A stretch of 64,000 nucleotides of DNA from Polyangiaceae bacterium (GCA_965222375.1 CBDCTZ010000016.1:480001-544000), one strand, 5' to 3'. Shown: positions 39,861 through 50,641, counted from the stretch's first letter. Made by a program: numbers and translations. The notes: generated from the letters alone by a model not told the origin.

Positions 39861-41195
39861 GTGAAGATCCCGCAGAAGCCTCCGTCGTTGCCAGAGTTGC
39901 TTTCCGCCACCGACCCGAAAAGACTAGCAGCGGTCCTCGAACTCAGCCGCAGCACCGAGGTATCGAAAAAGTACCTCCACTGGGACAAGCAAAGGCACCT
40001 CTCCCCGCCTGTGGGGTTCACGCCGAAAGAGTGGTGGCTGGCGGAGAAGCTGCGACGAAGCGGGTCGATGAAGGCGGTACCGCTCGTTGACAAGAACGGC
40101 GCGCACTTCCATTTCGCTGTACCCGACCACGTTCAGGCTGCGTTGCATCGGATCGACATTGGAGCGGGTGGATCGGTTGGCGCACCGGAACCCATCACCA
40201 ATCCGCAAACGCGAGATCGATACCTGATTCGTTCGCTCATGGAAGAGGCCATTACGTCCAGCCAGTTGGAGGGAGCTGTCACCACACGCGAAGTCGCGAA
40301 GGAGATGATCCGCACGGGTCGCTCTCCGCGCGACACAAGCGAACGAATGATCTTGAACAATTTCCTGACGATGCGTCATATCAGTGAACTCGACGATCAA
40401 CCACTGTCGAGGTCGATCGTGTTGGACGTTCACCGCCGCGTGACGGATCGAACGCTAGAGGATACAACGGCGGCGGGGCGCTTTCGGCGACCCGGCGAAA
40501 ATGTAGTCGTTTCAGACGAGTACGGCGAGGTCTTCCACCAACCACCGCCGGCGAGCGAGCTCGAAACCCGGCTCGACGCCATGTGCGATTTCGCAAACGC
40601 GAAGACCCCAGACTACTTCGTTCACCCGGTGATTCGCGCCATTATTCTCCACTTCTGGCTCGCGTACGATCACCCTTTCGTTGATGGAAATGGGCGAACT
40701 GCGCGGGCCCTCTTCTACTGGTCCATGCTCCGGGCTCGGTATTGGCTGTTCGAGTTCATCTCGATCTCACACATCCTGCGCAAGGCCCCCGTCGCCTACG
40801 CTCGATCATTCCTCTACACCGAGACAGACGACAACGACCTGACATACTTTGTCGTGGCACAAGCAAAAGTCATCAATAGTGCGATCGACGCCCTCCACGC
40901 CTACATCGATCGCAAGGCGACGGAATTGCGCGAGCTAGAGACTCAACTTCGGGCCCTCGAGCAATTCAATCATCGTCAGGTTGCGTTGATCCGACACGCT
41001 CTCAGGCACCCTCATCAAGTCTATACGATCGCCAGTCACCGTAGCAGTCACGGTGTGGCGTATCAGACCGCGCGAACGGATCTTTTGGATCTTGCGGAGA
41101 GAGGGGTTCTTCACCAAGCGAAGCAAGGCAAGAAGATGGTGTTTTCGGTTCCGGCGAACCTGGGCACGCGCCTGGGCCGCCGCCCAGTTCGGTGA
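39861..41195 (+). CDS. Fic family protein with C-terminal winged-HTH
   Basis: HPFVDGNGRTARA catalytic motif; SSQLEG autoinhibitory motif; C-terminal 'VAYQTARTDLLDLAERGVL'. Confidence 0.95.
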   Translation: MKIPQKPPSLPELLSATDPKRLAAVLELSRSTEVSKKYLHWDKQRHLSPPVGFTPKEWWLAEKLRRSGSMKAVPLVDKNGAHFHFAVPDHVQAALHRIDIGAGGSVGAPEPITNPQTRDRYLIRSLMEEAITSSQLEGAVTTREVAKEMIRTGRSPRDTSERMILNNFLTMRHISELDDQPLSRSIVLDVHRRVTDRTLEDTTAAGRFRRPGENVVVSDEYGEVFHQPPPASELETRLDAMCDFANAKTPDYFVHPVIRAIILHFWLAYDHPFVDGNGRTARALFYWSMLRARYWLFEFISISHILRKAPVAYARSFLYTETDDNDLTYFVVAQAKVINSAIDALHAYIDRKATELRELETQLRALEQFNHRQVALIRHALRHPHQVYTIASHRSSHGVAYQTARTDLLDLAERGVLHQAKQGKKMVFSVPANLGTRLGRRPVR

Positions 41196-41350
41196 GCGCC
41201 TCCGAGAGCTCCAAGAGCTTCGCGCTCTCGGGCTGCGAAGCGAATTCGGGCTATTGGGAGGCATCGGGCCCCCTCACCCGGACTTGGCGTTGTGACCCGG
41301 CCCTCAGGGGCTTCCGGCTTTCGAGCTTCTGCCCTAGGTTGATTTGCCTG

Positions 41351-41971
41351 ATGGCAAGCTCCCGACTCGGCCGAGACTTCGTCTTCTATGGGGACCTGAA
41401 TTGCCCGTTCTGCTTCGCCCAACACGAGCGGTTGCACAGTCTTGGCGCACACAAGGAAGTCCGCTGGCACGGCATCCAGCACATGCCGGACTTGCCGGTG
41501 CCCATCCGCCCAGACGACGAGGTCCGCAGGACCCTCGCTGGCGAAGTGGAAGAAGTTAGTCGGCGGCTGCCGGACCTGCCCATCACTGGCCCCCTCGATC
41601 GCCCGAACAGCGGGCCAGCGACGCGAGCTGTTGCAGAAGCTTCCCTGGTGGACGAACAGGCGGCCGCACGCCTTGCGACCGAACTCTACCGCGCCCTTTG
41701 GGTGCATGCCCGAGACATCTCTAACCCGAACGTCATTGTGGAAATCAGCAAGCGCCTCGATTGCTCCGTGGCCCACACGTCGGAAGGCGGGCGCTTGGTC
41801 CGGGCCTGGCAACAGGAGTGGGAACAGGCAGAGTTCGAGCGCCGCATTCCTGCAATCAAGTCCCCGCGAGGCGAGCGCCTGCTGGGCCTCTCCGATGAAC
41901 GCGTCGTCAAAGCGTTCCTCGCTAGCGGTTCCCTGAGCAGCGACTGGCCCGGCACCTGCGAAGGCAGCTAG
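41351..41971 (+). CDS. DsbA/FrnE-like thioredoxin-fold protein
   Basis: FYGDLNCPFC, 'LYRALWVHARDISNP', IPAI. Start uncertain. Confidence 0.85.
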   Translation: MASSRLGRDFVFYGDLNCPFCFAQHERLHSLGAHKEVRWHGIQHMPDLPVPIRPDDEVRRTLAGEVEEVSRRLPDLPITGPLDRPNSGPATRAVAEASLVDEQAAARLATELYRALWVHARDISNPNVIVEISKRLDCSVAHTSEGGRLVRAWQQEWEQAEFERRIPAIKSPRGERLLGLSDERVVKAFLASGSLSSDWPGTCEGS

Positions 41972-41985
41972 GGCGCTGCGGGCAG

Positions 41986-42753
41986 CTAGCGCGGTGCGGA
42001 GAGAGCTTGCACGCTCACTGCAGGCGCACGGCGGCCGTACTTGACCCAACCAATGGGAGTGAGCACGGCACCCGCTGTGAATCCAGCCAATCCAAGCAGA
42101 AGCAGGCTGGTGCCGTCGTCGTTGTTCCGGCGGTTGCCGTCGTTGTCGAGGTCGTGCGCGATGCTTTGAGCCAGACCGGCCATCATCGCGACGGTGCCGA
42201 CGACAATCAGGCCAATGCCGCCAATGCCCATCGCTAGACCCGTAGAGCTTTCGCTCTTGGTCCGAGGCTCGACTTCCAGGCGGGTCGGGCCGTTGACCTC
42301 CACGCTTCGCTTGCCCTTGAGGGTCTCACCGGTTTCTTCCACGGTGATCCAGTACTCTCGGGGCGGCACGTAGACGGTGCAGTCGCCGCCGCATTGCACG
42401 ATGGGCGCGGACTTCTTGTCGTAGGCCAGAGAGATCGTCAGCGGGCTTGGCTCGCCATGAATCACCACCGGCACGTAACCCGGCGGTGGCCAGTAAGGGC
42501 GCGGTGCGTAGTGGGGTGGAAGGCCCTGCCGAGGGGGCTGTGCGCGGGGAGGTGTAGCCGGTGGCGGTGTGGGCGCCGGTGGCGCTGCGGTTGGTGGAGC
42601 AGGCGGAGTCGCAGGTGCGGCGTCAGTGGGCTGAGGTGCGGCTTCGGTCGTAGCCGTGGGGGCGGACTTTTCGGGAGCGGCCTGCGCGTAGACCACGCTG
42701 CTGGCGCATAGCGCTGTAAGCACGCCACATAACCCGAGGCTGCGGCCGGTCAT
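41986..42753 (-). CDS. Secreted or membrane protein with Pro-rich N-terminus
   Basis: Signal peptide, Pro-rich linker, two C-terminal hydrophobic segments. Confidence 0.7.
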   Translation of the reverse strand: MTGRSLGLCGVLTALCASSVVYAQAAPEKSAPTATTEAAPQPTDAAPATPPAPPTAAPPAPTPPPATPPRAQPPRQGLPPHYAPRPYWPPPGYVPVVIHGEPSPLTISLAYDKKSAPIVQCGGDCTVYVPPREYWITVEETGETLKGKRSVEVNGPTRLEVEPRTKSESSTGLAMGIGGIGLIVVGTVAMMAGLAQSIAHDLDNDGNRRNNDDGTSLLLLGLAGFTAGAVLTPIGWVKYGRRAPAVSVQALSAPR

Positions 42754-43910
42754 GGCCTATTGATCCACTCCAGGTCGGTGATGAACTGCGTGCCGCAGTC
42801 TCGCACGCGCGTTGGCGTGTCTGCGTCGCTGCCGTCGGCCTTGACGATTTCGATGTGGCTGCAGCTCTGGGTCTCGCCGTAGAGGTACGCGATGCGCGTT
42901 CCATCCGGGGAGAAGGTGCCGTCAGTGCCCGCGGTGCTCGTCACTCGCACTGGGTTCTGCCCATCGACGTCAGCGACGTAGAGCTTGCCGCCGTCAGAAT
43001 GGTCTCGGTAGACCATCTTCTTTCCATCCGGCGAGATACTCTCGAGAGTTGCGGTGTTCTTCACCACCTTGCGCGAATCATCTGCCAGGGTGAGCAAGCG
43101 AATCGAACGCGCGGCGCTACCGCCCACGATGTCGACCTGAGTGAACATGAGCGTGGATTCATCGCCAATAGGCGTGGGATGCAGCTCGAAGCGATTCTGT
43201 GGCACTGGCGTCAGGAACTCGAACATGCCGTCTGACACCGTCAAGCGTCCGATCTGGTAGCCCTTGAAGCTCGACTTGCCGTCTGCCTCGACGAAGTCAT
43301 AGCGTCGGCAAATGTACAGCTTGGACGCATCTGCGTTGAAGAGGTGACATTCATCGTTGATGTTGCCGTAGGCAAGCACGTCCGCGGTCTGGCTGGCGGC
43401 GTCATAGATCCAAGTGTGCTGAATCGAGTCGCCGAATTTCAGTCCGTAGTTCTGCTCTTGCTTCGGATCCCCCGAAGCGAAGGCGATCTTGGCGCCATCC
43501 GGGGTCACGCCCACGCTCCAAAGCCTATAAGCTTTGAACACAACCTGTTCCTTCGTGCCGTCCGGCAGAATGCTCGACAGGGTGTTGGGGTTCGCTGTCC
43601 AGTCCGCGAAGAGTAGCTGCTCGCCCGGAGCGAGGGGATTGACGGACGAGTACATGATGTCTGCAGGTGTTGGCTTGGGTGGCGGGTTCGGAATCCCACC
43701 TGTGCCGGATCCACTCGCACCGGCGCTGCCAGCTGCTCCGCCCGCGCCGCCGGTGAACCCGGCAGCAAACCCACCGCCCCCGGCGTCAGTGGTGGTGCCG
43801 CCGGTGCCGCCGCCGCCGCCAGAATCGTCACTGGAGCAACCCACCGCGGCAATCGCCGCCGCCGCAAACAACAAGCCCAAAGCCGCGAAAGCTCGCGTAT
43901 CCTCAATCAT
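42750..43910 (-). CDS. TolB-like (PD40/WD40) beta-propeller lipoprotein
   Basis: Lipobox AVGC; TPDGAKIAF, SPDGKKMVY, FSPDGTRIAY repeats. Confidence 0.85.
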   Translation of the reverse strand: MIEDTRAFAALGLLFAAAAIAAVGCSSDDSGGGGGTGGTTTDAGGGGFAAGFTGGAGGAAGSAGASGSGTGGIPNPPPKPTPADIMYSSVNPLAPGEQLLFADWTANPNTLSSILPDGTKEQVVFKAYRLWSVGVTPDGAKIAFASGDPKQEQNYGLKFGDSIQHTWIYDAASQTADVLAYGNINDECHLFNADASKLYICRRYDFVEADGKSSFKGYQIGRLTVSDGMFEFLTPVPQNRFELHPTPIGDESTLMFTQVDIVGGSAARSIRLLTLADDSRKVVKNTATLESISPDGKKMVYRDHSDGGKLYVADVDGQNPVRVTSTAGTDGTFSPDGTRIAYLYGETQSCSHIEIVKADGSDADTPTRVRDCGTQFITDLEWINRP

Positions 43911-44031
43911 TGCGGCGGGAGCGAAGCACGTCAGTGGGCCGTGCGCAATGATCCCGAATCTTCTCGCGCCAGCGCCGGCAGCCACGGGTGCAACACCGGC
44001 TAAAGGGCTCTATGCTGGCGCAAGAGTCGGC

Positions 44032-45309
44032 ATGGGGACGAGTTCTAGCCGCGGCATGCTGGGGGCACTGGGGCCGGGGCTATTGTTTGCGGCGGCAGCC
44101 GTCGGCGTTTCGCATCTGGTGCAGTCCACCCGAGCTGGCGCTGTCTACGGCGTGGGCTTGGTGGTGTTGGTACTCATCGCCAACCTCATCAAGTATCCGG
44201 CGTTTCGTTTTGGTCCGCACTATGCGGCTGCGACCCGAACGTCCTTGCTCGAGGGCTACCGCCGCCAAGGAGTCTGGGCGCTTGTGGTCTACGGAGCAGT
44301 CACTGTCGCGACGATGTTCACCGTGCTCGCGGCCGTGACCATCGTGACCGCTGGGCTGGCCATCGCGGTGCTGGGATTGAAGCAGAGCCCGGTCGTGGTG
44401 AGCGCCGCTCTGATCGCGATCTGCGCCACGCTGCTCGCCATCGGGCGCTATCACTGGCTGGACCGCATCATCAAAGTGCTGGTCGCCGTGTTGACCGTGT
44501 CGACGCTGGCCGCGACAGCTCTAGCGCTGCCTCGGGTCGACTGGTCCACGCTAGCCCTCTTTCCCCCCCGGCCCGTAGACAAAGCGACCATCTTCTTCGT
44601 GGCCGCGCTGGTGGGTTGGATGCCGTCGGCCATCGACGTCGCCGTTTGGCAATCCCTCTGGACATTGGCGCGCGAAAAGGACAGCGGGCACCAGCCAACG
44701 CTGAAGGAATCCAGCACGGATTTTCACATTGGCTATTTGGGCACGGCGCTATTGGCGCTGTGTTTCTTGATCATGGGCGCTGGCGCGATGTACGGCAGCG
44801 GCCAGAAGTTCCCCAACGGCGCTGGTGCATTCGCGACCCAGGTCATGACGCTGTATTCGAGCAGCCTTGGCGAGGCGAGCCGACCCGTCATTGGCACAGC
44901 CGCCTTCGCGGTGATGTTTTCGACGGTGCTCACCGTGGTCGACGGCTTTCCGCGAGCCATTGCCGTGCTATTCGCGCGGTTTCGGGGACCGGAAACGGCC
45001 GCCCACTACGAACTCGATCAGCCGGCCCAACGCAGGGCGTATTGGGTGGCCCTCGTGGTCATCTGCGCAGGTGCGCTCGGCGTCATCGGCATGATGATGC
45101 AGTCTCTGAAAGCCCTCGTAGACATTGCGACCACGGCGTCATTTTTGACTGCGCCGGTACTATCCATCCTGAACCATCGCGCGGTTCTTGCTTCAGAGGT
45201 GCCGCTGGACAAACGACCACGACCGTGGCTCATCAAGGCCAGCCTGGTTGGGATCCTTTGCCAAGCCGCCTTCGCGCTCTACTATTTGAGCGTACGTTAT
45301 GGTGGGTGA
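44032..45309 (+). CDS. Nramp-like divalent metal transporter
   Basis: GPGLLFAAAAVGVSHLVQSTRAGA, LVGWMPS, MFSTVLTVVDG; many TM helices. Confidence 0.88.
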   Translation: MGTSSSRGMLGALGPGLLFAAAAVGVSHLVQSTRAGAVYGVGLVVLVLIANLIKYPAFRFGPHYAAATRTSLLEGYRRQGVWALVVYGAVTVATMFTVLAAVTIVTAGLAIAVLGLKQSPVVVSAALIAICATLLAIGRYHWLDRIIKVLVAVLTVSTLAATALALPRVDWSTLALFPPRPVDKATIFFVAALVGWMPSAIDVAVWQSLWTLAREKDSGHQPTLKESSTDFHIGYLGTALLALCFLIMGAGAMYGSGQKFPNGAGAFATQVMTLYSSSLGEASRPVIGTAAFAVMFSTVLTVVDGFPRAIAVLFARFRGPETAAHYELDQPAQRRAYWVALVVICAGALGVIGMMMQSLKALVDIATTASFLTAPVLSILNHRAVLASEVPLDKRPRPWLIKASLVGILCQAAFALYYLSVRYGG

Positions 45310-46222
45310 CGAATTCGCCATCCGCGCTAGGCTAGGGCAAGTGCTTCGAGCTTTCGGGACTTTGATTGGGATTCTGGTGGTGGGCTGCGGTGCTCACGGC
45401 GCCAACACCACGCCTGCCCCCACCGAAGCAAAGGCAGCTTCCAAGAAGGGCGGCCAGGAGTCTTCGGCGGTCGCTGCGTACCGACGCGCGTGCGAGTTGG
45501 GTTCGGCGCGCGGCTGCAACGACCTGGGCGTGGCGTACTTGGACGGGGAGGGCGCTCCTAAGAACGAAGGACGCGCCATTCCGCTACTCAGGCGTTCCTG
45601 CGAGATGGCGCTGCCCATGGGCTGTGCCAACTTGGCGCACGCCTTGGCCAATGGCCTGGGCACCGAGGTCGATCTGGACGGCGCAGCCCGTCACTACGAG
45701 TCCGCGTGTACCGGCGGAGTTGGCTGGGCATGCGGCGCGCGCGCGGACATGCTCACCATGCAGGAAGCGGCTCAGCGTGATCCCCGTCGTGCCGCCGAGC
45801 TATATGGGCGCGGCTGCGAAAGCAAGCACGCGGACTCTTGCGTCGGCCTGGCGTTGCTCTTGGAAGAGGGGGATGGTGTTAAAAAGAGCGAGGGCCGCGC
45901 ATTCCAGATCTACGAGAAGACCTGTGGCCTGGGCTCAGCAGCGGGTTGCGTAGGCGCGGGGCGCATGTTCTTGGACGGCCGTGGCACCAAGCTGAGCGTG
46001 CCCATCGCCCTCCAAAGGTTTCAGAAAGCCTGCGAATTCGATCCCGCATCGGGCTGCTACGTGTATGGCGTGGTTTTGTTGCGTGGTAATGGCGTTCGCC
46101 CAGATCCTGTCCGTGCGAAGAAGCTGCTCCGCGGTGCCTGTGACAAAGGCCACGCCGAGGCCTGCGCAGAACTCGGGGACCTGCTCGACGAGCGGCGCGG
46201 AACGGCGCCCATGGAAACTTGA
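45299..46222 (+). CDS. Sel1-like (Cys-rich) repeat lipoprotein
   Basis: Repeated ACxxGxxxGCxxLG...GxG units; lipobox VVGC. Confidence 0.9.
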   Translation: MVGDEFAIRARLGQVLRAFGTLIGILVVGCGAHGANTTPAPTEAKAASKKGGQESSAVAAYRRACELGSARGCNDLGVAYLDGEGAPKNEGRAIPLLRRSCEMALPMGCANLAHALANGLGTEVDLDGAARHYESACTGGVGWACGARADMLTMQEAAQRDPRRAAELYGRGCESKHADSCVGLALLLEEGDGVKKSEGRAFQIYEKTCGLGSAAGCVGAGRMFLDGRGTKLSVPIALQRFQKACEFDPASGCYVYGVVLLRGNGVRPDPVRAKKLLRGACDKGHAEACAELGDLLDERRGTAPMET

Positions 46223-46225
46223 GGT

Positions 46226-47188
46226 TCAGGGCGTTGCTTCGGCGCAAAGCGCTTTGGCCTGGGCTCCTGGCAGCCAGCTGAAGGTGTAGCGGTCGCCCTC
46301 AGCACGGCGCTTCGTCGGACCCTGCCCCTGCACGGTGATGCGCATCGTGGACTGAACCAAGGAGGGGCGCATGGTGTTGGGCTCTGTCACCAAGGTTGCG
46401 GCGTACACGCGGCGCAAGCGCAGCTGCTCCAACCGCTCGTTGGCGCTCTCGGGCAGAGACACCATCGCTCGGATCACGTTGGAGAGCGCGCGGCTTGCTT
46501 CTGGGCCCTCCAGAACACTCTCGAGGGATACCTCTACGCGATCCTTCGTGACGCTCTTGACCGTGAAATCCGTAGGCACGACCAAGTCCTTGCCTCCGAG
46601 AAAAATGGTCATCTTCTGAGTGTCCGACTTCTTCTTTAGATTCACGTCGAGCCAAGAGCCGACCCAGATGTACCAAAGCTCCGAATACTTCTCTTTGATC
46701 TGCTGCGTCATGAGAGGCGAAGCGAAGGATTTCTCCAGTCTCTCGACGATCGCAGGGTCCTTGCCCTGCTCACGCATGCGCCGCAGGGTGGCCTTGATGG
46801 CCTTCTTCATGCCCACCACGTCGTAGACTTGCCCGTCTTTGCTCACGAGAAATGTCGGCGTTGCGCGCGCCAGAGCGTTTACTTCAGCCAGTTCCGCGGG
46901 TTTGATCGACGAGGCCTTCACGTCGCCAACAGATTGGATCTCGTGCTCGATGGCCCGCACGCTCATGAGCTCCCCCGCCGGACACGCTCGCAATACGAAG
47001 CGCGTCGTGACGCGAGTCAGGTTCTTCTCGTGCTCGTGAATCACTTCAGCTGCCGCGGGGGGCTGCCAATCGAAGCTGAGCGCCGTGGGCGTCTGCGTTT
47101 CCGGGGGCGCCGCTGCGGGCTTTTGAGCTGAACAGGCCGAGCAGAGAACTAGGGCCAGCGCTGCGGTGGCCCAGCCCCCTCCCCTCAC
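46226..47188 (-). CDS. Hypothetical lipoprotein
   Basis: Signal ending CSAC; translationally coupled to the upstream TPR gene. Confidence 0.7.
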   Translation of the reverse strand: MRGGGWATAALALVLCSACSAQKPAAAPPETQTPTALSFDWQPPAAAEVIHEHEKNLTRVTTRFVLRACPAGELMSVRAIEHEIQSVGDVKASSIKPAELAEVNALARATPTFLVSKDGQVYDVVGMKKAIKATLRRMREQGKDPAIVERLEKSFASPLMTQQIKEKYSELWYIWVGSWLDVNLKKKSDTQKMTIFLGGKDLVVPTDFTVKSVTKDRVEVSLESVLEGPEASRALSNVIRAMVSLPESANERLEQLRLRRVYAATLVTEPNTMRPSLVQSTMRITVQGQGPTKRRAEGDRYTFSWLPGAQAKALCAEATP

Positions 47189-47904
47189 GCGGCTAGGCCC
47201 CGGAGCATTTTCTGGGCCCGTTCTGCCCAGGATTGGTCGCGCTTCTTCACGAAGTCAGGGGCAGTTTCGTAGCTGCTCAAGCCTTCGTCTAGTACCTCGC
47301 GAGCACGGGTGGCGCGTCCGTCTTCGATCAGATAGTGAGCTAGGGCGACCTGGTGGTTGATGCGAGTGCTTACGCTGGCCAGCCCTTCCATGACGTCGAT
47401 GGTGTCCTCTCGCTGTCCGTTGTTCCAGAGCGCCTCGGCGTAGTCGAGGGCAGCCGAATAGTCCCGGTACGAATTGTCTAGTCGCAGCAGTCGGTCCAGT
47501 CGCTCGACGGCTTCGGAGAAATTCCCGCGGCCCATCTCGCTCCGAGCCAAGCCGTGCAGGGCCTGCTTGTTGTCAGGGTCGCCACGTAGCACGTCTTCGT
47601 ACAGAGGCGAAGCTTGGTTGCATTCGTCTCGAGCCTCCAGGGCGTCCGCGAGAGTGAGCTTGTTGGCCACGCTCGGTGTTTCATCCAACTGCTGGCGTAA
47701 CAGGTCGATGTTTGGACCGGCCGCGACTCGCTTGAGCACGCCGCGGGGGTTCCACTCTCGGACCTTCACCAGGGCGAAGTAGATGAGGCTGCCCAAAGGA
47801 ACGAATAGAATGATCAGCAGCCAGTAGAACTCCGCCTTGCGCCGAATGGCGTCGAAGACCATCCAAATGTTGAAGGCGATGGTTGCTACGAAGTAGATAG
47901 ACAC
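47185..47904 (-). CDS. Membrane-anchored TPR protein
   Basis: N-terminal 'YWLLIILFVPLGSLIYF' TM hairpin, then TPR-like helices. Confidence 0.85.
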   Translation of the reverse strand: MSIYFVATIAFNIWMVFDAIRRKAEFYWLLIILFVPLGSLIYFALVKVREWNPRGVLKRVAAGPNIDLLRQQLDETPSVANKLTLADALEARDECNQASPLYEDVLRGDPDNKQALHGLARSEMGRGNFSEAVERLDRLLRLDNSYRDYSAALDYAEALWNNGQREDTIDVMEGLASVSTRINHQVALAHYLIEDGRATRAREVLDEGLSSYETAPDFVKKRDQSWAERAQKMLRGLAA

Positions 47905-47973
47905 GACTGTCCTGCTCGGGAACCGGGAAGATTTCGGCGAAACTGCGCTCTGTCAAGCCAATCGCGCCGTCCC

Positions 47974-49005
47974 TCAAATTTGTAGCACTAGCTTGCCTGT
48001 AGTCATGGCTGACTCCAACCTCTGATGCGCCTTGGCTACCTGCGCAAAAGGCACGCATTCGCAGCCCACAGGCCGGATCTTGCCCTGCTCCAGCCATTCC
48101 GACAGCTGGCTCATGCCCTCGCTCAGCAGCTCCGCACGCTCGAACAGGTAGGACAAGTTGAAGGCGAGAATGTTCTTGTTGTCGTTGGTTAGGCGCAGCG
48201 GGTCGAAGCGGGGGGTGCGCAGGAAATCCAGGGCCATCTTGGGCCAGTTCGGCCGACCGGAGCCTCGCGGCAGCATGCTGTGAAAGCCGTAGATGACCAA
48301 ACGGCCGGTCGGGCGCAGCGCGGCGTAGCTGCCGCGCAGGGTAGAGACCCCGTTGGCGTCCAGCACGACGTCGTAGCCGTCTGGGGCAACGGCGCGGGCG
48401 CGCTGCCACAGATCTTCGCGCGACTTGTCGATGACATGATCCACGCCTGCCTGTTGAGCAACTTCGACCTTGTGTGGGGCACCCACCACGCCCACCACGT
48501 TGCAGCCCATGACCTTGCCCAGCTGGCACAACGCGCTGCCCACGCCTCCTGCGGCTGAGTGGACGAGCAACCTGCTGCCAGCCCGAGGGTGGGCCAGTTC
48601 CGCCAAGGCATACCAAGCGGTCAAGAACACGGTGGGAAAGCCCGCGGCTTGTTCCGGGCTGAGCTGCGGTGGCAGCGCGAACACCTGGTGGCGGGGCACA
48701 CAGAGCCGGGTTGCGTAGCCATCGAAGCGCGTGACCGCGTACACGGGGTCTCCAACGCTCAGGTCGACGACACCCGCACCGAGGCCGCCAACGGTGCCCG
48801 CGACTTCGAACCCAGGCGTTATCGGATACCCCACGTACTTCTTGGCTGACTCATACAGGCCCATGCGAACGATGCAGTCGGCGTAGTTCACGCCCGCGTG
48901 GCTCACGTGTACGCAGACCTCGCCCGCCGTGGGCTTCGGCTCCGGGCCCTCTTCGACGCGAAGCACATCGAAACCGCCCGGTTTTGGGATGACTACCTTC
49001 TTCAT
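47974..49005 (-). CDS. MDR-family oxidoreductase (quinone reductase/VAT-1-like)
   Basis: GVNYAD..RMGLY, PGFEVAG, VHSAAGGVG, TTGKLVL. Confidence 0.93.
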   Translation of the reverse strand: MKKVVIPKPGGFDVLRVEEGPEPKPTAGEVCVHVSHAGVNYADCIVRMGLYESAKKYVGYPITPGFEVAGTVGGLGAGVVDLSVGDPVYAVTRFDGYATRLCVPRHQVFALPPQLSPEQAAGFPTVFLTAWYALAELAHPRAGSRLLVHSAAGGVGSALCQLGKVMGCNVVGVVGAPHKVEVAQQAGVDHVIDKSREDLWQRARAVAPDGYDVVLDANGVSTLRGSYAALRPTGRLVIYGFHSMLPRGSGRPNWPKMALDFLRTPRFDPLRLTNDNKNILAFNLSYLFERAELLSEGMSQLSEWLEQGKIRPVGCECVPFAQVAKAHQRLESAMTTGKLVLQI

Positions 49006-49100
49006 GCTGTAGAGCTGCGGAACGCCGCGCGGAAATACCACGCACGCTCGTCGGCTGGACATACCGTGGCGAAATCAGCCGGGTTCCAGCGAGCCGAAAA

Positions 49101-50462
49101 TCACGAGCCGCAGCCCTCTGCCTTGCGTAGCGCCGCTATTTCGGCAAGCAGTTCGGGTGTGCGCACCAGCGCTTCGAGCTCCCCGTCGTCGATTCCGAGC
49201 CGCGGCATCTTCGCTGTTCGACCGAGGTAGAGCCAGGCGCGACCCCACAAGTCTAGGAGCAGCCCGCGCCAGCAATCACTTGCGAGCAGCTTGGCGTGCA
49301 CCTTGGGATGCTCGGTCCGCGCCAAGCGCAAGTAGCGCTGTAGGTACCAGAGAAAGGTCAGCACGCCATCGCGCTCGCTGGACGAGGCATTCCGGTACTG
49401 CACGCCCCGGTTGCCCTCGAAGGCACTGGCCGTCGCCAGACCGTGTACGTACTGCACTAGCTCTTCGACCAGCATGTTGAGGCCCTGTTTCCCGGATGTG
49501 CCCGTAAGGTAGATGCGGGCGTAGCTGTCGCAACCCTGGGCCTCGCCTGTGGCGCATGGGCGACGCTTGCTGGCGTATGCGTCCTTCATGAGCGCGCTGC
49601 GCGCGAAGGTGCGGGGCTGGGGGCCCTGCATGCCTCCACCGCGGCAGCTTGGCGCGATCTCTTCGCTCAATTGATAAACGTGACCCACCCCAGCGCCGCG
49701 CAGCTTCCGTAGATCATGCATGTGTCCGCATTCATGGGTGACCGTAGAAAGTGCCATCAATACGGAGTGCGCTGATTCCGTGCGCCCGGTGGTGAAGGCG
49801 GCGACGCAATCGGTCTTGGACTTCCCACCCCGGACCAACTGCGCACCCACTGGATAGCGACGGTCCAAAACCCCGAGCACGAAGGCGTTCAGCTCCGTGG
49901 GATCGTAGCCCGAGATCAAGTCGTCGATGGGGAGTTCGGTCTTCGGTAGCGCTTCCCGGTACTTGCCGTCGCGACACTCGGCGTCCACGGGTGCGGGCAG
50001 CTTTCGCGCTGGGGTCGACGTCGTGCTCGGCGCAGCAGGAACCCCACTCGGTGGTAGGGGCATCCAGGTGCTCGGCATTCTCTCGATCCGTGAGCTTCGG
50101 CGTTCCACGACCTGCCCCGGATCGGCGCCGAGCCACCAAAGCCCGTGATTCACCGTCGCTTCCAGAGTCCGTGTGCCCCCCACCACGCCGAGTAGAAGCA
50201 GCACGAGCCCATCGAAACCAAGCACCCGAAGCAGTACCCGATCGCCCAGGGTCAGAGTACCGCGGCGACCTCGCCGCCTCAGCTCTGCGACCATGCAATA
50301 CAGGCCGGGCCCGATGGGAAAAACGGCGAGCCCGACACACCAGCTCAGCCACCGCGGCGCAGGGATCGACGCCACCAACGATGACGCTGCAATGAATGCC
50401 AGCAAAGGAACCGCAATGACGAGAAGCCACCCGGCTATCTTCCATGCGCGTGACTTCCCCAT
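49101..50462 (-). CDS. Membrane-anchored hypothetical protein with HExxH motif
   Basis: Three N-terminal TM segments; THECGH with downstream 'LVEELVQY'. Confidence 0.7.
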   Translation of the reverse strand: MGKSRAWKIAGWLLVIAVPLLAFIAASSLVASIPAPRWLSWCVGLAVFPIGPGLYCMVAELRRRGRRGTLTLGDRVLLRVLGFDGLVLLLLGVVGGTRTLEATVNHGLWWLGADPGQVVERRSSRIERMPSTWMPLPPSGVPAAPSTTSTPARKLPAPVDAECRDGKYREALPKTELPIDDLISGYDPTELNAFVLGVLDRRYPVGAQLVRGGKSKTDCVAAFTTGRTESAHSVLMALSTVTHECGHMHDLRKLRGAGVGHVYQLSEEIAPSCRGGGMQGPQPRTFARSALMKDAYASKRRPCATGEAQGCDSYARIYLTGTSGKQGLNMLVEELVQYVHGLATASAFEGNRGVQYRNASSSERDGVLTFLWYLQRYLRLARTEHPKVHAKLLASDCWRGLLLDLWGRAWLYLGRTAKMPRLGIDDGELEALVRTPELLAEIAALRKAEGCGS

Positions 50463-50641
50463 CGTCGACGCCTTCAGTCAACCACGGCACAGGTCAGCGC
50501 GCACTCGGAACCACCGCGTAGCTCCCTACGTGCGTTTCAGTAGCCGGGTCGAAGATCGTGCCATCAGCTGTCCCCAGCTGCGTCGAATTCTACCTGCGGC
50601 GGCGGGAGCTCGACATCATCCAGATCGAACGAAGAGCGGGT

